Below, one piece after another: positions 47,457 to 55,975 of a stretch of 55,975 nucleotides of DNA. The DNA lies in NCBI GenBank assembly GCA_900617105.1, contig UYFQ01000236.1, positions 1 to 55,975 on the forward strand. The letters are read 5' to 3'. Origin of the DNA: Hydrurus foetidus (lineage: Eukaryota). A model generated the notes under the pieces. The model was given only the letters and a program-made list of their open reading frames with translations, was not told where the DNA came from and ran no database searches. Position 1 is the first letter of the stretch, and each line of letters opens with the position of its first letter. The translations under genes were made by a program, and so were the position numbers.

Positions 47457-50400
47457 GGGAGAGTCAAGTTTCTTTGTGGGTCAGATTCTTGCTATGACGG
47501 ATATCGTGGTTGGATCACGGTCTGTGCTGAATGGTCGCGGGTTCACGAAGACATCAGTAACGTTCGAGGGCGGATCTCGGGTGAATCTGAAAGCTCAGCA
47601 CAGCAGTAGCAATATTACGATTGGCAGCAATAGCAAGAAGTTTGCGGTGCTTGCAGCTACGTATGTACTCTTCGGAGCAGATCAGAACGTTGTTTCAAGC
47701 GGATCAGTTGGTGTGTCACCAGGCAAACTTGTCACTGGTAATTATTTGCTATTGAACGGCACGACTGAATTGTCAACGTTTGTAGCCTCTTCAGCTACTC
47801 AGGAGCTGCCGCTGATGTTCAACCTAGGATCTACTTTGGTCTGTCGAAATCGTCTTCCGTCCAGCAGGTTGTCCAATGCTGAACTAGGTCCAGGCGTGTA
47901 CTGCACATCGAGCGGGAAGTTCAGTATCGGTCAGATGCGATCAGTCGTACTTGACGCGCGTAATGTGTCAGGAGCGACATGGGTGTTCCAGATGACGGGT
48001 AATATGACGATGGGAGCTGAGTCGACAGTGATTCTGAAGAACGGAGCATTGTCTGCGAATGTGTATTGGATAGTGGGGGGAGCTGCGAATATGGGATATG
48101 GAAGCTCAGTGATGGGCACCATTATTGCCCAATCATCGATAGGATTCGGTCCTTATACATCCATGGACGGTCGTGCTATGTCGAGTACGTTTGTTCGATT
48201 CGAAGGTTTTTCGTCTCTTAAAAAACCTAACGGCATATCGACATCTGTGCATCCTAGCCTACAGCTGCATCTGGGCGCATCCGAGAAGTTCGTGCTACTC
48301 GCGCGCACAACGATAACATTTGGATCATTGCTGACACTGCTAGCAAGCGGCTTCATCGGTACATCATCGGGAGGCGCCATCACTGGTAGCTACGTGCTTG
48401 AGGATGGCGAAGCTCTTCGAGGTACTCCTGCAACGATGAAGGCCATGGATGACTTCTTGGTATTACATGGTGCAGCATCAGGCACTCTCTGTAAATCCAC
48501 CGTGAGTAACGGCCTCCTATCAGACCTCACACTGACACCTGGTGTGTATTGCTCTGGATCCTCGGCATTGACGCTGGGCGCTTGGACTTCGTTAACGCTT
48601 GACGCGCTGAATGTGTCAACATCACTGTGGGTACTGAAGAGTAATGGCACCTTGGTGACGGGCGACTACTCGTCTGTGATACTTGTCAACGGTGCGTTAT
48701 CATCGAACGTGTTCTGGTCAGTGAAAACGACAGCAACACTGGGAGCGTCAAGTTTCTTTGTGGGTCACATCCTTGCTAGGGCGGATATTTTGGTTGGAGC
48801 ACGTGCAGTACTTAATGGTCGCGGGTTCACAACGGAATCCGTGACGTTTGAGGGCGGCTCTCTACTCACACAGGTGTCTGACTCTGCTGATCACAAGAGA
48901 TCTCCGGATGACCCAATATTCAAAAAGGGTAGCATTTGCGTGATATCTTCGATTAATTCTAGATTCAACCAGGGTCTCTGGTCTGGAACCGATGCATCAC
49001 AGGCCATGACAGAGGCTATCGCCATCTCAATGGGAGTACCTGTCACTTCCGTTCAGTGCGGATTTGCAAGTCAACTTTGTTTGTCATCTCCTACCGCGGC
49101 ACCATCTTACCGACCGAGAAAAACTTCAAAACCTACCGCATCGACAACACGCGAACCGTCGAGAAACAAATTTGCCTCCCAGTCAACTGACGAATTCCAT
49201 CCAGACATGAGGTCTTTGGCTGCACCGACTAGAGAGCTTTCGTTCTCCATCTTCCGAGAAGTTCCAGGTGAGTTAATTGTGCTGTCTTATTTTGCAAATG
49301 ACTCTTTCTCAAACCTACTCCCATATCTGCTTACGTTAACCAAGGCAATGCATCAGCTGCAAGCGTGGCGCTGATAACGGATTCTATCAAACTGCTAGTC
49401 AAAAAGGCAATGACAAGTACCACTTTGTGCAAAGTCTTTGTGGATCGCGCGTTCACCCTCAATGTGACATTCCTAATGAATGCTGGGGGCGTCGCAGATG
49501 CCGGCACGGTGTGCACTGAAGAACCTGTGTTCACTGTCATATACACACCTGGCGGCACAAACCAGCCAACATCACAGCCGTCATCCCAACCGAGCTCCGC
49601 ACCCACGTCGTCGCATAGACACAAGCTTAAACTGGTCACCAGCGGGTTTATCGGGTTTTTAGTAATTGTCGCATTTATCTGGTTTTTGAGATTCTATCCG
49701 GCACTACTGGCGATCATAATGAAGAAGGAGGAAGAAAAACCGGCCCACTTATACGACATTCTTGTCGTCATTAGTGAAGACGAGGAGGCCATTCTTGAGA
49801 ACATTAAACATCAAGACATCGCTTTCTATAGACGCACCAATGTTGAGGATCCCTCACAATCCCTGAGATGGACCATGAACGCTACATCAGATGTTCTTGA
49901 GAAGCGTTTCGAAGTGCAGTTCCTCGATCACTTTGACCTCTTGGGAGACAGCGGACCGAAAGCGGAGAACAAGGCCGATGCCGTGGATCACTCAGTCATC
50001 GGGGACAAACTTGTCACCAAAGAAGTTTATGTCCACGACGCTGGGTTGCAAATGGGCATGATCATCAAGGTGAAGCCATACTACCCAGTAGATGTCATAC
50101 CGCCTGAAAAAGCAGAAGCAACTCCCAGCAATCGGTCCTATCCAGGACGCGTGCCATTCGACACAGGCGCGAAATCCCCTTTAGGCCGTCGATTTGACGG
50201 ACCTAAAAATAGCGACAGACGTCCTTTCGCTGACATGAGCATTGGCAGCTCTATCACAGAGGCTACCAAAAATAAGCATTGAGAAAATAAAGGAGGAAGG
50301 GAGGATGAAAAGTTATCTTGTCCCATAATCGGATCAGATTAAAGCAATCCTCCTCTCTCTCCTTTCTTCTCTCGCCCAAAATATCATGTAGTCATGGTGG

Positions 50401-51301
50401 CACTATTCGCACCGGCATCACCGCCACTTTAGTTCAAGAAACATCTCAATCGTTTCGACTGAATTGCTGCTCTACACCAGACGCGTAGCAACTCCTTCAG
50501 CCGAAGACATTTCATGAGAAGTTTCGACGCATCCACTGTATCGCGTCAAACAGCATCAAATCATATTCTATTGAATAATTTGGTGAGCGTCTGAAATCTC
50601 ATCGAGGTCTTACGTAGTATATTCTAGTATTATTCATTTACTCCTATTGTGGGGTGATGTCAACACGGATATTCAGGCGCGTAAACTACGCCAACTTATC
50701 CGATAGTGCTGATATTTCTCCCAGGCTTTTTATTCATTCAATTATATTATATAATTTTGAAAGCCATTATTATTGTGTAGTTTATTTAGCATATCTTTTT
50801 TCACTTAATTTTTCACATTTTTCTAATTATTTGCTATTTGCAATGATTTATTAAATTAAAAAATGCCTTTCGTTTCACAAGGACAATTACTTAAGTAATT
50901 TTCGTTCCAAACCACCAGGCACTGTGACACGTTTCAAAAGCTTCTTAGAACCTATTTGAAGTGCTCCATGTTCATTCCACTGGTGATAGTGCTGATAGGG
51001 TTAGAGATACCAGGTGCTGACCCACTAAGAAGATAGACCTGAAGCAGCTGTTGACCTCGACCCGAGCTCTCAGTTTTAATGGTAAACTGCCAGATACCCT
51101 AGCTCTCTTAATGTTCATAATACCCATGGCTAGACTAGGCATCTACTATTGGAGTTCGCTCTTGGGAGTATGTAGGGAGAGCATCTCCTTCCAGAATGCT
51201 TTCCCCACCCCAACGAAGGACTCCCAGCACCACGGGGCAACCAGCTTCTCGCATCGTCCGTACTTGGTTACGTGCTCCCCGCTAGAGAGTTCGACCCGCA
51301 G
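47457..51301 (+). repeat. Tandem duplicate (copy 3) of the 3' end of the giant gene
   Basis: Offset by 4047 bp from copy 2. Scattered SNPs, a 12-bp in-frame deletion (REES) near 50230 and a 4-bp insertion near 51135. Confidence 0.93.
47476..50282 (+). pseudogene. 5'-truncated paralog: partial A + B + A DUF3494 domains, TM and tail, no signal peptide
   Basis: Open frame 47476-49267, intron from 49268, last exon to 50282. Confidence 0.7.
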
Positions 51302-52352
51302 AGTAGTCACGGACGGCTCAAGTGACCTTCGAAGTAATTGCCTCCACCGACCATGTCTAGCTGCGAATTTCTATCGTGTGATCAACAACAACAAAAATGG
51401 CTAGAAGCCAATAAATTCCGTATTCTGCCCCCTCTCACAACCCTGACCCTACATTTCGTATGCCGTCATTGATGGTGCCGGTCAATTCGTAAGGAATGGC
51501 CCCGCAGAAACTTGTGCCATACCGGAATTTTACTGTAAAATCGACTAAGTTCAAAGGCGCCTTGGTTAGTAATTACATTTTGTAATACTTGTTGCGATCA
51601 ATCAGTGATGCGAATTATGCTGATTGTTCCAAACTATCTAATACCATTCTACGGCTAAAGGACGCTCATACCAATACCCTATTGCGTTATGTCTTCATGG
51701 GATCGTGTTGTGACATACACGCCATATCGAGTACAAGCGTGGAGATTTTCAATATTTGCCGAGTCGGACTACCCCGACATCTCGTTAAACTAATCGGAGA
51801 GTCATAAAAATTGGTGTAGCGTAACCGTGTTACTTATTTTGTAATCATGTATGATGACGCTTTATCGTCATGTGCAGTGTGATGGTCACCACTCCACATG
51901 GCATGAGCTCCTGTTTGATCGCAGGGACTTTATAGGAGATAACAACACCTTTTGTAAGGCAGTGATGCACTGACACTAGCAGAACCAGTAACCACTGGCA
52001 ATGACGGCCATGATAGCGACTATCATCATCTTCGAAAACCCTGAGATAAGGAGAGATTGAATTAATTGTTCTGTGCATGTTTGGGTTGCCTGAGGTGCAG
52101 TCTGCATGTGTCATGCGAGTGCAGCAATCAAGCACATATATGTCAAGACTGCAGATAGGGTAGAAGACTGCTACCAACAAGTGATACTTGGGTGCAGTAT
52201 TCTATTCTAACAGAAAATTATTTACCTAACTGTCGGCTTTTCTTAGAATCAGACGTTACAGAAGCACCTAAATCTACGGAAGAGATTGAGCGATAGTCAG
52301 TGACGTTACCAAGGTACTCATATTCATCAGGCTTCTCTTCTTTGGACGACAT

Positions 52353-53687
52353 ACAGAATACATCATATAGTGTAATAGTTTTGAAACACTTCCAGCAGTG
52401 GGAGACCGATCAATGTCAGTTCCTATCGGCACATGCACAGCTGATGACGGTCTCACAATCATGTTAGATAGCATATCGACACCAATGCTACACGCACAAG
52501 CAGGCATGACGTATCTCACCTGCGCTCGATGGTGCCGCAGTAGGAATGGAATTAACAGCCACGGAAGGTGTAGCTACCGGAGAGGCGGAGGGACTTGATG
52601 ATGCATTCAAAGTCAAAATGACACTCCTGACAGCATTGTTAGAGCTGTCGGCGATGTACATGATGTCCGAGGACGCATCTATGGTAACGCTGTATGGGTA
52701 AGAAAGCGTCGCATGTGCCGCTGATCCTCCGTCACCCGTGTACCCACTTCTACCAGTACCTGCGACGGTTGTGATGATACCCGTGCTTCTTGTGATCATA
52801 CGAATGACACGGTTAAACGGTTCAAAGATGTAGATATTGCCCGAAAGTGAGTCAATAGCTACACGAGAGGGGAAATCTAGCAACGCTGATGTAGCTGGAC
52901 CTCCGTCACCACTTTTGCCCTGAGTGCCGTTACCAGCAATGGTAGTAATGATGCCTGTGCTCTTTGAGATCATTCGTATAACATGACCTTCCTCATCAGT
53001 GATGTACAAGTTACCGGTGTTTGGATCCATATCAATTCCTGACGGATTTTTGAAGGTGGACCTCTGTTGTTGACCCTCCGTCGCCAGTGTATCCTCTCAT
53101 TCCAGTCCCTGCTACGGTAGTGATGATACCTTTGCTCTTTTTAACCAAGCGGATGACGTGTTTGTCAGATATGTACAAATCACCGCCGAACGGATCAATA
53201 GCGACATCTAGCGGGGTCGACAATCTGCTTGCTGTTGCCAGCATTCCGTCTCCAGCATAGCCACGTGTTCCATTTCCTGCTACAGTTGTGACGATGCCGG
53301 TGCTTTTCGTGACCATGCGAATCATGTGATTATTCAAATCGGACATGTAGAGATCGCCTGTTGACGGATACGTCGCCATGCCATATGCTGTCGATATTTT
53401 TGCTGCTGTCGCTGGTCCGCCATCTCCACTAATTCCATTGCCGACATAGGTGCGTATTTACCCTGAAGCTGACAAAATTCTTCCACTTCCGCGGTTTGGA
53501 CCACTATGCAAATGGTTAGCACCAGTCTAGCGTGACAAGAGATTAATTAGACATGAAAGGCGCCTCTAGATAGACGCTTGATGATTACGCCAGCACCTCA
53601 AGTTTTGAGATAAGCATACTACATCAGGTTAACGACCTGTGTTGCGGTGAAAGTCAGGGAGACCAGAAGCAGAAAAACTGCTCCCAT
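52353..53687 (-). pseudogene. NHL-repeat (beta-propeller) secreted/surface protein, disrupted
   Basis: Five repeats of the type GIITTVAGTG..GY.GDGG.A..A.L..P..VAID...G.LYI.D...IR, then a Pro/Ser/Thr stalk. Hydrophobic leader MGAVFLLLVSLTFTATQ at 53687. Donor at 52519. Frameshift near 53060 and in-frame TAA near 53459. 3' extent uncertain. Confidence 0.8.
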
Positions 53688-53810
53688 CTGAAGCTGATAA
53701 AGCCGCGGCAACGCTTCACGCCAAAATTGTGAAAGATTTTGGGTTCTTCACGCACTTTTGGGTTCTTCTTTCTTCGGCGGCATCTCGATGCGCTGGTTCA
53801 AGTTTAATTA

Positions 53811-54140
53811 TGTTGGGATTTCGGTGAATCCGGGGAGGATTCAGTGACTCCGCGTAAGTCGAGTTAGGACCCAAGACTCGTGAAATAAGACCTATGTTTA
53901 ATCACTTGATAATTAAACTTGTGTTGCCATCCATGCGATGACGGCAACACAGTCTTTTACAATCATCAAGATTGAAGCACGCATCAGTCAAATCAGGATA
54001 TCTTTAACAGACAGAGTCTGTAAAGATCACGCAACCAACGGGGTCCCGGCCACTACCCCAAGGGTACACGCCGCTGTCCGTCGGGATCCACACACACACA
54101 CACACAACAGCTGAAGTGTCTTTTCCCGGATACTCCAACA
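53811..54140 (-). repeat. 3' LTR of copia element (330 bp)
   Basis: TGTTGG...CCAACA inverted termini, preceded on the minus strand by GGGTG, ~120 bp after the pol stop. Contains (CA)9 at 54089-54106. The partner LTR is outside the window. Confidence 0.75.
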
Positions 54141-54262
54141 CACCCAACAGGCACACAGTAGTTGTTAATGTATCACGCATTTGATTTTCAAACATAGGAT
54201 GTCATGGTGAATTGATTTGCACGCAGTAAGTCTAAGCTAAATAGGATTTTCTCTGAGCACCC

Positions 54263-55975
54263 TCAATTGCTCGCTGTCTCTTGTGCCCATCCCGTGAGGC
54301 ACCCTCTCTCTCGCACGAACTGTGCACCCTGGAGCGGCTTGGTAAGTACGTTGGCGTACATGTCCTCCGAGCGTAGGTACTCGATCTTCGCCTCGCCCTT
54401 GTCCACCCGCTCCTTCACCCAGAAGTAGCGGATCTGGATGTGTCTTGTGCGCTCCGCTCCTGATCGCCCTCTCGCTATGAGCGCCATGCAGGACTGGTTG
54501 TCTTGTAGGATCGTCATCGCCGGCATGTGGTATCCCTGTGCAGTAAGAAAAGTACGAATGAATAGGCCCTGGTTGGCCGAGTCGGAGAGTCCCACTAGCT
54601 CCGCCTCGGTGCTCGACTTGGTGACGATGAGCTGCTTGCTCGACCTGCAGTGCACAGCTCCGACGTCTCCGATCACTATGCAGCTCCCAGTGTGGGACTT
54701 CCCATCGTGGTGGACTCCGTAGGACGCGTCCACGTAGAGCTTCACGGTGACCCCCCTGCACCCGGCATCAGTACCAGTCCATGGTCCCGGGTTGCTCTGA
54801 TGTATCTTATCAGACGCTGCAGCTTTTCCAGGTCGTCCACTGTGCACTTGGTCACGCGTGTAGTGAGGTACGACACAGCGGTGAGGCACTCGGGTTTGGT
54901 GCGCTTCGCGAGGTATAGGACCATGGCGACAGCTTTGTGGAACCACACTCTAGCTGCCTCCCCTGCTAGCTCAGCACCCTCTCTTGTCTCGAATAGCCCG
55001 TCGGTTGCGGGTGATCGCGCTGTGCCGCGCACCCCTGATGTGGACACGACCTCGTCCTAGTATCCTTGCATGGTGATCTCCGCACGCCCTGGTATGGATA
55101 GATCTATACGCATTCCGAGGTAGTTAACAATGGGACCGTAGGTAAGTGTGATTTCACCATACCTTTTGCGCAGCCCTTCGACTAGGTGAGTCATCAGGGA
55201 TTTGCTCTTGCTCGTGATGAGCAAGTCATCCACGTGTACGGCCGCAGTACACTGGACTCCGTCCGGTCCGATCCGGTTGAATACGCACCGGTCGCACGCG
55301 TTTCTGGTGTACCCCAATGCACTCATGGAGTCTTTGAGGTTGTCGTACCAGAGGCCAGCACTCTCCACGCACCCGTAGAGTGCTTTCTTGAGTTGCACTA
55401 TGATCCCTCCACCCGCATCCACTTGCTTCTTGTAGCTGGCATCGATGTTGGTAATGAATCCGGTCATTGTGCGTGTGGTCGGGCAAATGTAGAAAGGGGG
55501 GCGAGAGGAGGTAGGCAAATGTGGACCGATACACCCTTGGTCATGTAAGCGTTGAGGTAGGCTCCGCTGATGTCCACCACTGCTACTCTGCGGTTCTCGT
55601 GGGCTGCCACTGCTAGCAGTGTGAACACTACGACTGGTCGAGACCGTGGGCGATGAGAGGTCGTCGTACAGACCCTTGTCTTGTTGGTCCCCCCCAGCTA
55701 CAAGCCTCGCCTTGAGTTTGAGGAATGTTCCGTCGGGATTGTTCTTGCGCTTGAGGAACATGGATGATCGGATCACCGCTGATCGCTGCGACGCGGTGAG
55801 CTTCGCACCCTCGATGGGCACCCACACTTTCCTGTCAAGCATCTGCTTGAGTTCTTGGGTGATCACTTTGCTCGCCTCTGCACCCCGAGTTCGCAGTGCT
55901 TCCCTCACACTGATGTTTGCGGTGTCATTTCTGCTCATCTCGAGCACGTGTCGCTTCAGCACTTCCTCGATGCTA
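54263..55975 (-). pseudogene. pol: Copia RT-RNase H coding region
   Basis: Split by a frameshift near 55635, a 32-bp insertion (55491-55522), an in-frame TAG at 55057 and a frameshift near 54755. Confidence 0.9.

Larger units (their letters stand above)
53811..55975 (-). mobile_element. Ty1/copia LTR retrotransposon, 3' part, degenerate, running off the window
   Basis: RT motifs KARLVAGG, LKKALYG, VHVDDLL. RNase H motifs YVDAS, SSTEAEL, QDNQS, RHIQIRYF, LTKPL. 3' LTR present. Confidence 0.95.

Noticed and set aside
53920..53951. Hairpin TGTGTTGCC...GGCAACACA
   Set aside because: A 9-bp stem inside the copia LTR, with no evidence for an independent RNA or terminator.
6850..55059. Alternative genetic code (TAA/TAG as Gln), suggested by in-frame stops at 6850, ~53459 and 55057
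   Set aside because: The long ORFs (3637-aa array, 887-aa Pol, 641-aa transposase) contain no internal TAA/TAG, and TAA ends the transposase and cargo ORFs. The stops are better explained as decay.

Overview
Eukaryotic genomic DNA, with short 66-89 nt GT-AG introns and Pro-Ser/Thr stalk proteins that suggest a stramenopile such as a chrysophyte (inference). The window is dominated by one very large gene (13437-42186, +) whose reconstructed product is about 9,500 aa: signal peptide, Pro/Ser/Thr stalk, charged linker, 41 tandem DUF3494 (ice-binding-like) domains arranged as alternating A/B pairs with a ~1284-bp period, a juxtamembrane domain, one transmembrane helix and a ~190-aa tail. This reads as a giant membrane-anchored ice-binding adhesin candidate. 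Two 5'-truncated ~4-kb copies of its 3' end follow, each preceded by the same ~200-bp foreign spacer. Upstream lie a young Ty3/gypsy chromovirus (133-5875, identical LTRs), a degenerate gene, an inverted-repeat cluster and a Mutator-like (MULE) element (8403-13152) with an intact 4-exon transposase and a cargo ORF showing a Cys-His-Asp pattern. Downstream lie a disrupted NHL-repeat gene and the 3' part of a decayed Ty1/copia element. Many frameshifts fall at homopolymers or at variable repeat positions and look like long-read consensus errors, so ORF integrity and repeat copy number need read-level confirmation.
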